Assembly: GCF_001194135.2 (NCBI RefSeq) | Contig: NC_068981.1 | Span: forward strand, 45,709,730-45,765,945 | Source of the DNA: Octopus bimaculoides | Lineage: Eukaryota | Direction: 5' to 3' | Length of the DNA stretch: 56,216 nucleotides | Shown: positions 1-12,200 of the stretch, piece after piece | Numbering within the stretch: position 1 is the first letter of the stretch | Layout of the letters: every line of letters starts with the position of its first letter | Notes under the pieces: generated by a model | What the model was told of the DNA's origin: nothing | What the model saw: the letters and a program-made list of their open reading frames with translations, nothing else | The model's database searches: none | Translations under genes and position numbers: made by a program

Positions 1-32
<32 letters not shown>

Positions 33-137
33 GTTCAGTAGTTTTATTTTTATAACGTGCTTTCACTTCACTACCGAGCGCAGCTCTGTGCGCCTTGGGT
101 ATGTGCTGTGGTTTGCTGTGGTGCTCTTATGTTTACT

Positions 138-140
<3 letters not shown>
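33..140 (-). mobile_element. R4/Dong-like LINE, subfamily A, 3' UTR only, flanked by (TAA)n on both sides
   Basis: The reverse complement matches 23079-23185 (about 6-7 differences in about 108 nt by eye), which directly follows the stop codon of a REL-endonuclease ORF. Confidence 0.85.
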
Positions 141-202
<62 letters not shown>

Positions 203-233
203 ATTATTATTATTATTGTTATTATTATTATTA

Positions 234-458
234 TCCTGCTTCTCAGAGGTTTCGGTATTACTTGATTCTGTGGGAGCAGATAGCAACCTGTTGTCAGAGG
301 TCTCACTGGTATTATTTTCGCAAATTATAAGCTTTCGTGCTCAAAATCCTAGTCATTTCCAATAGAACTGTTTTCTTTTCAGATCTGCTCTGCCATCATG
401 TCATTTTCAATTTCTCCGACATATTTCTCGAACCTTGTTTTTACTGCTCCCTTTGCCT
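234..458 (-). mobile_element. R4/Dong-like LINE 3' end, subfamily E (decayed)
   Basis: The minus strand reads GAVKTRFEKYVGEIENDMMAEQI*K/KTVLLEMTRIL, matching the R4-type C-terminus (GALG...QKxALLGTARIL). A 3' UTR and (TAA)n follow. Confidence 0.65.
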
Positions 459-459
459 T

Positions 460-820
460 TTATTGAAGACGTAACGCAGCATCCAACAGTCTGAGGATTG
501 AAGATATTGTATGCACCGGGAGAGTGTACTGTCAGTCAAATCAGAACACGGACTTCAGACAAACCTTACTTTACGCAGTACGAGAGCAGTTCGAAGTAAG
601 ACCAATTTTGCAATACACCACGGTCGTAGGGTATTTCTAATGTGTCCAAATGTTTTTTTTTCAGCTTGACAATTTGTACATTTGACTGTGATAGCTGCCC
701 CCACCCGGCAATTTCAACAGCTGATCTCCATATTTGTCGTCAATTTCTCTTTCTGTCATAATAATATGATCTTAGCACTGCCACATCGATTATTAGACAT
801 TCATGTCAGTTACTCCTAGA
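460..820 (-). mobile_element. R4/Dong-like LINE 3' end, subfamily D (REL endonuclease remnant plus 3' UTR)
   Basis: Joining frames on the minus strand gives ECLIIDVAV..IMTEREIDDKYGD..VEIAGW..KKHLDTLEIPYDRGVLQKLVLLRTALVLRKV. This contains the IDVAV, KYxDL and QKxxLLGTA motifs of the REL domain. Confidence 0.75.
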
Positions 821-821
821 G

Positions 822-995
822 ATACAGTTCTATATTCAAGAGATGCGCAATTATGTACAATATTTACACTATTTACATTATTTACATCTAATGGATATTT
901 GTCCTCATCTTGTTTGTTGTTTACACAACGCTTTGGCTATCATCAGATGTCTCGGGGCAATTTCGAACCTGGGTTCTCATTCCTGAGGTATTTTG
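822..995 (-). mobile_element. Short non-autonomous element carrying a decayed hammerhead ribozyme (Penelope pLTR-like), copy 1
   Basis: Homologous to 23527-23667 (AAAATACCTCAGGAATGAGAACCCAGG...GACATCTGATGA...CGTTGTGT..ACAACAAACAAGATGAGGACAAATATCC..ATGTAAATAATGTAAA). The CUGAUGA core is intact at 946-940, but stem II is largely deleted. Confidence 0.75.
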
Positions 996-997
996 CG

Positions 998-1188
<191 letters not shown>

Positions 1189-3095
1189 CCTCAAACCCAG
1201 CAATGTAAACTTAAAATGAAAGACATGCATTAGTTAGGTAATTTTAGGAAATCAATTACTTGTAATTGCTACCCATGATATATGGAGTCATTGGTTGCTG
1301 AAAATATAGTCAATACCTAAACCTCAACTCTGAAACTGTAAATACAGTACACCGTATGATGTGGTTTGATGCTTTGAACTCCCTGAAGCTTACAGAGGAG
1401 GGACTACACATGGTATTAGCAATCGGTGATATTGCAAGAATTATAATAGAAAGAAAGTTACTTGCTTAGTACCATGCGTGCATGGTTAAGTATTCATATA
1501 TGTTTATACATATTCGTGCACGTGTATGCACATGCCTACACACATTTGTATATATATTAATGGATGCGTTTATTAAAATTTATGAATATTTGTTTATGAG
1601 TTAAAGTGTCTGTGCATATTTGCGCTCATGTGACTGGGTTTATCGTGTGTATATCTCTCTATATATAGACATGCGTAAGAGAAGTTTACGTTTCGAAACC
1701 ATATTTTACATAAATTCTTAAAAGATTATGAATTGTATTGACTGTTATTCTTGTGCGCCTTCCCAACTATTTCTACATTTAAAATATATTTAATCTATTT
1801 AGCATAATTTTTAACTTATAAGACGTTAGAGAAATGTATTGTTATATTAAGTTATAAACTTAGCGAAAACGTAAAAAAAGATTGTTGATAAAATAAAGCA
1901 TGAAATAAATAGATATCAGGATAGAATGAAAAAAAAAATGTACCAAGTAGAATGATAAAATTAATGTACTTAATGTGAAGACGAGAAAAATATAACAAAA
2001 ATAATTAACAATTGACTGATGTCATGAGGTGAAAATAATTTCAATAAATGTAACAAATTCATACGCCATTAAACACAAAATTATACTGAGGAATAAATTA
2101 AGCACATAAGTTAACGATGTGTGAAGTAAAGGGAAAAAAAGACAACCTGAAGACACTGGAAAAGAATACCGTCAGAGTATTAAAGAGTTACATATGAAAT
2201 GTTTCATATCAGAATAAGACGCAAATGCCGAGATATCTAGAATTGAAATGAAATTTTGATTGGAGTTCACAGTATTACATGCTTGCTTTTGTAAGATGTA
2301 ATTCTACACATACAGATGCACACGCAGCTGCAATCACTTATACACATGCGCGCGTGCACACACAAACACATTTACAAATGCATGGATATAAACACACATA
2401 CGCACACACACACACATGCATAAATATATAAATACGTATATGCATATACGAAAAGGTGTTCGAATAATGCTTGCATGATTAACCATATCTCATACACTAT
2501 CTTCTTCTTTCGCCCTGCTGCTATCTATCTGGGGGTACAATTGTGGTGAATTACTTAATTCATTACTGTTTTCAATATAGCACTTCACAATAATTTCTGC
2601 CTACGTTTTGTTTTCTCAGTTGTAAATCACACGTGGTCATTTTTCACTTGAAGCTTTCCTGAGAGCCATAAATGATCGCCGTGATAAAATTAATGACAAC
2701 AAACAAATAACGTTTATCGAATAATAACAATAATGGAACTAAAGGCAATACTGGTAATGGGTCTAGAACTACCTATAGACATTAAATTACTTGTGACTTT
2801 TCTGTATTCTCTTTTCCACTATTATCTTCGCACTATGTTTAATTGTCTTGTTCCTTCTCTCACAGAATCGCCTATATTTCTGATATGAAAGCTTAGAATC
2901 TCTTTCACCAGAAAGGGAGGAGAGTTGAACAACGATTTGAATCTACTATGAACATACACAAATACCGTAGTGCATGGAAGAAAGATAATGAATACCAATT
3001 ACAAAATTAACCACACATATGTATATACGCTTTCCCAAATATTCTTCACATCAGCACACACACACACACACATAATTACTCCGCATATGCAAATA

Positions 3096-3137
<42 letters not shown>

Positions 3138-4433
3138 CACACATACACGCCCATATATATATATATACGTGTGTCCGTACGTGTGTGTTTGTGTATGTGC
3201 GCGGCGAGTGTGTCTGTTTGTGTCTATCTCATTCTCCCTATGTATGTGTCAGTGTTTGTGTGTGTATGTGTTTGTGCATCTGTGTGCATGTGTGTGTGTG
3301 TGCATACATTGCTTTATTATTCTGAAGTTTCTTATTTGCATGACCTCACTATGTGCAGTTAATATTTATATATGCAAATAAATATTTTATTTGTGTGTTC
3401 GGGAGATCTAGAGAGCGGACGTTCGGTCAAATTGTCTGTATGAGTGTGTTATATATCATTAAATCTTAATGCTTGGATAACAGAAGTGACTCTTCTTCTA
3501 GATGTAATATTTTTACCTATAGACATAAAATTACACTCGGAATATTTTGTCTACTTCGACTGTAATCTAAAACGTCTGCACCGGCGACGCCACTAAATAA
3601 TTTTGATGTATACGCTACGTTAGTACTTTTTCCAAGCAATTTCCTCACTGAGTGTTGTAGTCAGACTCGAACAGATGTATAATTCTTAGTATCAGTTTGG
3701 ATGTTCGTTTATGTTATATTATATATATTTACAAGTGCTTATTCATTGCAACTAATCAATTTTTATTTGTATAAGCGTTTTCAGCTGCTTCACAGATTTT
3801 GTTAAACAAAGACCCTAGCCATTATCTAGTTTGTATTAGTAATAATCTTCGTAGATGAAATGATCCGATAAATCGTGTATCACAGTTTTAGCATCCGTGA
3901 ACTCTCAATAGGAATGTAAGTGTAATTATCATAAGTTTAGTAAAGAAGGTAAATGTGTGTAGGGGCTGAAAAACTTTCCTCAGAATACAGAAACAACCTC
4001 GAAAGTTCTTTACATTATTCAAAGATGCTTCAGTGAGATTTCGTTTAGAAAACTTCATGATGCACATACGTTGGTACAGATTGTGAAATTGAAAATACAG
4101 TATTTGAATTCTCAAATAATGTTACACTTTTTAAAGCAAAAAAAGAAAAAAATATTATGAGAGGAAAATCTATTTAAAAGACAAGCAAACTATGTTTATT
4201 AGAGTATTTGTTTTTTGAATAACGAACTATGTCCATCTATGTCTATGTCCATCTGCACCATCATTAATGCTAAGGATAACACACACATACACAAACGTCC
4301 TTGTATATAATAGCATATACAATTTTGTGTTTCGGAAAGTTATGCTTCATTTATATTTATTTTAAACTTAATATTCTTAATTTCTTTTAAGTAATCTCTA
4401 CATCCCTTTTAATCTATATCTTCACAACTTTAT

Positions 4434-4465
<32 letters not shown>

Positions 4466-4764
4466 GAGAGGTCTTAGTATCCAGAGGATCCAGAAGGCAG
4501 CTGAGACTATGTTAGCACTACGGAGGAATCGCTGTTAGACTCACGGTTCGATAATAGGGGTCTAGTACGGGACATGTGTGAGCGTGTATAGGTTAAATAA
4601 AATAATACAGTAAAACCAAGGCAGTGTAAATTTTCTAGAACGTCTCATAAAAAGATGGGTAAACTTACAGCTGTTTCAGGGATATTAAAAAAACATCATG
4701 AGAGACAATATGAAAGAGTTTAATAGAAGGAAATAGTATTTCAATATAAGAAGTTATTTAATGC

Positions 4765-4975
4765 GGCGAGCTGGCAGAAACGATAGCACTCCAGGCGAAA
4801 AGGTTATCGGTACTTCGTCTGTCTATACGTTCTGAGTTCAAATTCTGCCGAGGTCCACTTCACCTTTCATCTTTTCGGGATCTATAAATTAAGTACCAGT
4901 AACGTACTGGGGTCTATCTAATCAACTGGCCCCCTCCCCCAAAATTTCAGGCCTTGTACCTAGAGTAGAAGAGAA
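4765..4975 (+). mobile_element. tRNA-derived SINE, family 1
   Basis: A-box-like TGGCAGAAACG and B-box-like GAGTTCAAATTC. Homologous to 19193-19415, sharing TTCTGAGTTCAAATT, TACCAG and ACTGGGGTC blocks. Confidence 0.85.
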
Positions 4976-4979
4976 TATA

Positions 4980-5657
4980 ATAAATTATTTTGGAAAGGGG
5001 AAAATTTAGGAAGTATAGAGGGAAATATAAAAATAAAGATATATTTTGAATGTTAAACTTGATGTTCATTATCCAAAGATTGTGTTGCGTAGAATGTGTA
5101 CCGAGATTGTCCATGGTATGTAAATTCCAATATTTTGTTATTACAAATGAATGGTGTACATCTAATAATTCCCTGTGTTGTACATTCAAACGGATCTTGT
5201 AGTGTAATTGAAATTTTGAGAATAGAATAGATAAGTAAGTTAGGAGGAAGAAAATGGTATTGGTCAAAAGTTTGGTGGAGAAAAGAAGAAAGAAAGAGGA
5301 AAAGAAAATTAAAAGTGAGTGCTAGATAGTGGTGAAGATATGGTGAGAGTGTGGGGAGGAGAACTATCAGTAGATAAAAGGATTAGGGAGAGGGATAGAA
5401 GGAATAGATAAGACTGTAAGAATGGAATATGTGTGAAAAGTGGGTGATATGTTTGAATGGAACTAAGGTGGGAACTAAAGGAACTAAGCTCCATCATCAA
5501 CCACATATATATGGTTGTAAAATTGTGTAGCGTGCTGGGGTCGGTCCCAGGGCAACAGTTACATAGTAGTGTATTGTGGAGATTTTTCTCAGGAATGGAG
5601 GAAGTAATACCATCTAGTGAGAGGTTAGATCTGATCTATGTTATTATTATTATTATA

Positions 5658-5737
<80 letters not shown>

Positions 5738-5920
5738 GGATCGACAAAGTATGTGGTATAGAAGTCTGTACTAAAAATGAGTAGTTAACCACAAATAGGA
5801 AGGGAAGAATAAGAAAATATAATGGTCAATTTTGTTTAAAAATAGTCGTAGACATTTAGGTGAGGTTAGAGATTGTACTAGTTAAAATGATAGTGGGGAC
5901 TGCTAAATCACTGAGTGAAA
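4980..5920 (-). mobile_element. Probable decayed L1/Tx1-like LINE 3' region, interrupted by (ATT)n at about 5640-5737
   Basis: The minus strand reads LCNCCPGTDPSTLHNFT, spaced like a CCHC knuckle with the last Cys lost. A C-terminal-like stretch follows (FSKFQLHYKIRLN..ITKYWNLH..HNLW). Motif resemblance only. Confidence 0.35.
5640..5737. repeat. (ATT)n microsatellite
   Basis: Read directly. Confidence 0.97.
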
Positions 5921-6280
5921 GAAAAATATCTATATAGATATAGTCTCACAGGCATATGCATCCGTATGAATGTGTATATGCGATATTATATAATCATTGC
6001 CTGCAGATTGTGATAAGGTACCGGACGTGTGAAAATAATTTTGTCTGAAATGCATTTCATCGCCTGAAGGTAGTATATATATATATATATATATATNNNN
6101 NNNNNNNNNNNNNNNNNNNNNNNNNNNNNNNNNNNNNNNNNNNNNNNNNNNNNNNNNNNNNNNNNNNNNNNNNNNNNNNNNNNNNNNNNNNNNNNNNNNN
6201 NNNNNNNNNNNNNNNNNNNNNNNNNNNNNNNNNNNNNNNNNNNNNNNNNNNNNNNNNNNNNNNNNNNNNNNNNNATACAC

Positions 6281-6287
<7 letters not shown>

Positions 6288-6366
<79 letters not shown>
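6288..6366. repeat. (AAT)n microsatellite
   Basis: Read directly. Confidence 0.97.
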
Positions 6367-6367
<1 letters not shown>

Positions 6368-6627
6368 GGGAATAAATTATTGTTCCAAGCGTACAGGTAA
6401 AATTCAGTATAATAATATGACACCAAATTTCGTAATATATAATATATGTATATAACTAATTTAGAGACGAACCACCATTCCACAACTCAGTCAATGAAGA
6501 ACCCGTCCAAAATCCTGTTGTGAGATATATACCATACAAAATACTAATATTAATTTTGTCGACCCCACACCCACCCACACCCACACCACCACACAAGACT
6601 GTATTTTGGTCTGGGATATATGCAGAG

Positions 6628-7445
6628 AATATCCCCTTCAACCTAGCAAAGAGGTTATGTACTATAGTTTCTAATGCTAGCACCACAGACATACGACTAC
6701 ATGGACTAAAGGATACACTCATCACCAAGTACTAACCACCTTCATTAATTGACATACGCTTTCAATGTGCCCTACAACTTAACATCCACGACCTCAAACA
6801 TCCCAAATTAAAGAAGGATGTATAACCAAAAGCCCTACCATACATCTCCACACAAAACCCTCTTAACAATGAAGCCTTCGACACCATCCTTCAAAACACA
6901 CCCCTTCTAAAAAAGGACCACTCAATGAACTTAATCCTCCAAACACCCTCCACCATAAAAATCAAGAGACAACCCAAATCTATGAAATGTCTCCTAACAC
7001 AAGCCCGAATACGCTCAACAACAACACAGAAGCCGTCAGTAAAAAATTGCGGAAGACCCAACTGTGGGATATGCGTCAATTTAATTGAGGGATCAAAGTT
7101 CTCCTTTAAAGAGGGACACCGTTTCATGGTTAAAAGCAGCTTCATATGTGCTTCGGAGAACCTGATATACGCAGTAACCATCTCTGGGTATCAAGCACAA
7201 TACATAGGCCAAACAAAAAACAGTATACGTGAAAGGATGGCTCTGCACAGATCCCAGATCAAAAATCCCCAAAACAGACGAATAGAATTCAGCCAACACA
7301 TGGATATTTGCGGCAATAACAAAAATCCAAGCTTCAGAATTTTCCCCTCTACCAATTCAGGGACGATACAACCTGTAGCCAACGAATTAGTAAAGTGACT
7401 CTTTTTATTACAAAATACAGACCCCTTTTGAACGCATCTACAAAA
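6628..7445 (+). mobile_element. Penelope-like element: RT thumb region plus GIY-YIG endonuclease, with stops and frameshifts
   Basis: Reads NIPFNLAKRLCTIVS..LITKY*PPSLID..LPYISTQNP..KRQPKSMKCLL, then the Cys motif CGRPNCGIC and LIY..YIGQT..RERMALHRSQI. The frameshifted end FITKYRPLLN is typical of PLEs, and an A-run follows. Confidence 0.9.
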
Positions 7446-9037
7446 AAAATGACATATCTACCACAGCCTTAGAATAACACAAACACACACGCAAATATAA
7501 AAAATGATACATTCAAGAGATTCTCATGAATTCATTAAAAAACAGTCCCAATCACTGCTAAAATCAACAACGAGCCACTTTTAGGTCACTTGAACTTTTA
7601 ACATCCTACTACATTCATACCACATGCATCCCTTTATTATGCGCTCTCTTCTTCCTTTTCTCCGTCTTCTTCCTCTCTGCCACCTTCTTCCTTACTTGAC
7701 TATTGCTGTTTAGAATAACACCTACGCAAATATTATAAACAATACATTCATAAGAGACATCTCAAAAATTCAATCACAACTACTATTCACAAGTCACTTT
7801 CAGAGCACTTCACAATTTAACTTAATACTACGACCATGGTACTCGCGCCTTCTTCTTGTTCTCCTTCTCCTCCTCCTCTNNNNNNNNNNNNNNNNNNNNN
7901 NNNNNNNNNNNNNNNNNNNNNNNNNNNNNNNNNNNNNNNNNNNNNNNNNNNNNNNNNNNNNNNNNNNNNNNNNNNNNNNNNNNNNNNNNNNNNNNNNNNN
8001 NNNNNNNNNNNNNNNNNNNNNNNNNNNNNNNNNNNNNNNNNNNNNNNNNNNNNNNNNNNNNNNNNNNNNNNNNNNNNNNNNNNNNNNNNNNNNNNNNNNN
8101 NNNNNNNNNNNNNNNNNNNNNNNNNNNNNNNNNNNNNNNNNNNNNNNNNNNNNNNNNNNNNNNNNNNNNNNNNNNNNNNNNNNNNNNNNNNNNNNNNNNN
8201 NNNNNNNNNNNNNNNNNNNNNNNNNNNNNNNNNNNNNNNNNNNNNNNNNNNNNNNNNNNNNNNNNNNNNNNNNNNNNNNNNNNNNNNNNNNNNNNNNNNN
8301 NNNNNNNNNNNNNNNNNNNNNNNNNNNNNNNNNNNNNNNNNNNNNNNNNNNNNNNNNNNNNNNNNNNNNNNNNNNNNNNNNNNNNNNNNNNNNNNNNNNN
8401 NNNNNNNNNNNNNNNNNNNNNNNNNNNNNNNNNNNNNNNNNNNNNNNNNNNNNNNNNNNNNNNNNNNNNNNNNNNNNNNNNNNNNNNNNNNNNNNNNNNN
8501 NNNNNNNNNNNNNNNNNNNNNNNNNNNNNNNNNNNNNNNNNNNNNNNNNNNNNNNNNNNNNNNNNNNNNNNNNNNNNNNNNNNNNNNNNNNNNNNNNNNN
8601 NNNNNNNNNNNNNNNNNNNNATATATATATACATGTAACATGTGTACGTTTCGATGTTTGAAAACTACTGAATGAACTAGAGCTCCACGTACATAATCTT
8701 CATCCAATCAGCTTTCAGTATATTGGTTAATCAACCAATAAGCTTCGCAATGTTACAACTTATATTATACAGAGCATATCGCGTGGAAATTTAAGATAGA
8801 CACCAGTATGAATATGTAGTTTCTACAAACATTTCACAGTTCCAGATATGAGGAACACATCATTGGATGTTCCAAGAGTATTTTTGATGCCGAATCACAA
8901 TAGATCAGCTAGGGAACACATGCCATGCGTCTTAATTGCGATATTATATCTCTGTGATAGAATGCAATAAAATTAATCCGTGACCTAGGACTTAATTGAT
9001 TGCACTAGTGTTTATCATATTTTTCTGATGTATACTG

Positions 9038-9039
<2 letters not shown>

Positions 9040-9082
<43 letters not shown>

Positions 9083-9233
9083 NNNNNNNNNNACACACAC
9101 ACACACACACACACACCCACATACGCACACACGTATATACATACACAAAGACACACGCGCACACACTCATTTATATATATACACAATTATATATGTGTAA
9201 GTATGTGTGTGCATACGTGTGTTGTCTGTGTAT

Positions 9234-9268
<35 letters not shown>
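9040..9268. repeat. (CA)n containing a 10-N gap, followed by (GA)n at about 9237-9268
   Basis: Read directly. Confidence 0.9.
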
Positions 9269-9269
<1 letters not shown>

Positions 9270-12200
9270 ATGTTCTTGAGTGCGTGTGAGGTATATAAGA
9301 CTACGGTAATGCGAAGTGTACACGAATTTTATTAAAGAACATGAGTTTCGCAAATTTCACATGCATTTAGAGAAATACCATCGAAAGTAGAACATGCAGG
9401 ACAAACATTATATCTCAATCATTACCTTATTAAAGTTGCTACCAAAAACATATGAAAATAATGAATCATTTTCTCTCCAAATATACCAACAGGTGTTTAT
9501 TATTCATAAATCAGTTATATGTGAGACAGTTTGCTGGAAAATTCCATCTATTTTAGCGTGAATAATATCGTTCTCACATATCTTATGCCTCAGATCGGCA
9601 TTGCCAATATTTTTGATTAGTTGAGATGGAAGAAAGCTTTTTAGTGGCGAATCGTCCAAAACAAACTCAAAGAGATCCTTTTATAATGCATAACAAAAGA
9701 TATCATTCAGCCTTTCAATATTAAGACAACGAACGGAAACGATCAGCTAAAGAAGAAAATGGAATTGAGATCTTTATCAAGGTGCTTGTGAATCCGCTTT
9801 AAAAAAATTAATTGAACATGGAATAGTGAATTGAAATGGTTAAAGTATCAAAGTATTTCTGATGTCATACGATAGTATCCAGAATTGATTGTAGTATATT
9901 TTTATTTTTGTCATAAAAATGTTTGAATCTTTGATCTTATTTAACATAAAAGATGATAAGCGAGGAGTAAAACAAGTTGGATTGCATGTTGTTCCACTAA
10001 CTTCACACGAGAACTGAGGTTCCTTATGTGTCTAAGTGTGCATATCTCCTGTGAGCATATTGATTCCTTGTAGTCCGAAGCACAATTTGGAGGACATAGT
10101 AGATTTCGGGTGTGATAGTACTCTTTCAAATGCAGATTAATTAACGACCAATGATCATTTATCTGCATAAAGATTAAAAAAAGACAATGTGTTTATGTGC
10201 ATTTAGTTCCAACAGCCTTACATTTACACTCATATTATTTGTGCAAAATGAGCATCTGCTGGTTTTTTGGATATATATTTTAAGAAAATTTTGAGAATGG
10301 ATTGAACATTGAAATTATAATTATAGATATTTTATTTCCTTACATATATTTCATGCCATATATTTCATAAAAATTATATAAAATCGCGTTGTGAATATGT
10401 TTTTTAATGCCTGATAGATATATATAACTACTCTAAGGAGATGCTAATTATTGAGACGGTCGAAAGCACACAGACAGCAACCGTTATAAAGTATTTAATG
10501 CTAGAAGGCGTCTATCGGTAAAGCAACTAAAGAAAAACCGAAGGAATTCAAATCAGGATTGTTACAATTTTTCTTCCCAATCGATAGAAAAAAAAACTAT
10601 TTAGTTAAAGTCAAAAATTCCACTAATATAACTATTATTAATTTCGAAGAACGCTAGAGGGATGTTGAGAAAAGCAGATTAAGAAGTTGAAAGACAAAAT
10701 AGAGTCAGATATTGTTGAAGAAAATCAGGTTTTAGATAGGGAAAAGAAACCGAAAGATATATCTGCGATGTTAGGAAATATTTTACACAGCGTAATAAAG
10801 TGAAAGTAATGTGGGTAGATTAAAGTATTCGGGTGTTGTGAAGAGAAGACAACAAGCATATTCGGAAAAAAGCATCTGGAGAATATAATAATCAATTCAA
10901 TAGATATATACGCAAATATTTCGTAAAGAAAGCAATTTGAAATTGCGATGTAGTTAAGAATTATTGCTATAATTAGACCAGTGTAATTTAGAATACGTAT
11001 TTAATTAGTAATAATATAAGGCAGTTAATTACAATTTTTTTTTTCCTTTCTCACACTATATATGCTGAATTAAATACAAATTTAACATTAACATTGTCGT
11101 TATAGATTGATGGCGAGGGAGTCTATAAGTGAGTATCTACGACATTCTACACTGGGAACAGATTATTTATGAGGAAATCTGGAATCACGGAGTATATTTT
11201 TTTTTGTAAACAAGATATTTAAAATGGTCATTAGTGGATGTATTACAATGAATACTTGATATTGAATTACACAAAATACATCAATGTATAAAACGTTTAT
11301 GAATTAAAAAAAACAACAAATAGAAATATATATGGAATTTAGAATATAAACGTGTTAAAATTTAAGTAGACGCTGCAAGACGTATAAATGTGCCAGTAAT
11401 TCGCTTACTGACGAGACTTGCACGCTTTAAAAAAAAACTATTCATAACTGCAGAGTGTTCTCTATCATTGTCTATTGTATGTAATATATCCACTATTATT
11501 ACTACTAAAACCTCGTGGACAAAGTCTTTTATAATCATTGATTCTAATTTTGCGTAATCAGCTATTCTAATAAAAATAAACTTTAAATTAGTTAAACAGC
11601 TAAACTCAATTGTAAAAACAGCCGTTAAGAATGTAATTAGCAATATAAGTACTTTTGTATTATTAGCCAAAACTTATGTAATAATCTAAAATTAATATAA
11701 TCAGTAGCATTCACGTATTCTACAAATTTCTCAAATATGATGATTTAGTCAAATAAATGCAATCTTCTCAACATAAATCTTACAGTCCGAACTGTATTTT
11801 CTACCACCGTTTTCGCTTGAGTATATTTTATATAAAACCTAAGTTAATAGATTTAGATTTTGTATAAATCATTTAAGGAAAACATTTGTTAATTTTAGAA
11901 AGTAATTAATAAAGTAAGTTTATATTAGTGCTATAGACGCAATAGTTTTATAATCACAACTGAAACAAAATATAATAATCGTTCGATCAACCCTGGTCTC
12001 GATCGTTTTCATGTATGCTCTATGAGGAAAATAATTAAAATAATAAAGTTTTAATAATACTTTTCAAAACTGCTGTATATGAACATTTCATCTTCTGAAA
12101 TATCTAACATGTAAATAAATATATTTTTTTTTTAATGTGCAAAATTAGTTACTTTAACTTTGCCACCTGTTGTGAAGATTTTGCAACAAATAATCGTAGG

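Noticed and set aside
6481-6520. Possible decayed hammerhead near the PLE 5' side (CAATGAAGAACCCGTCCAAAATCC)
   Set aside because: Neither CUGANGA nor GAAA is intact, and no stems can be drawn.
11362-11670. 102-aa minus-strand ORF (MANNTKVLILL...) with a hydrophobic start
   Set aside because: It uses a non-ATG start in AT-rich DNA, has no recognisable motif and no splice context; compatible with chance.
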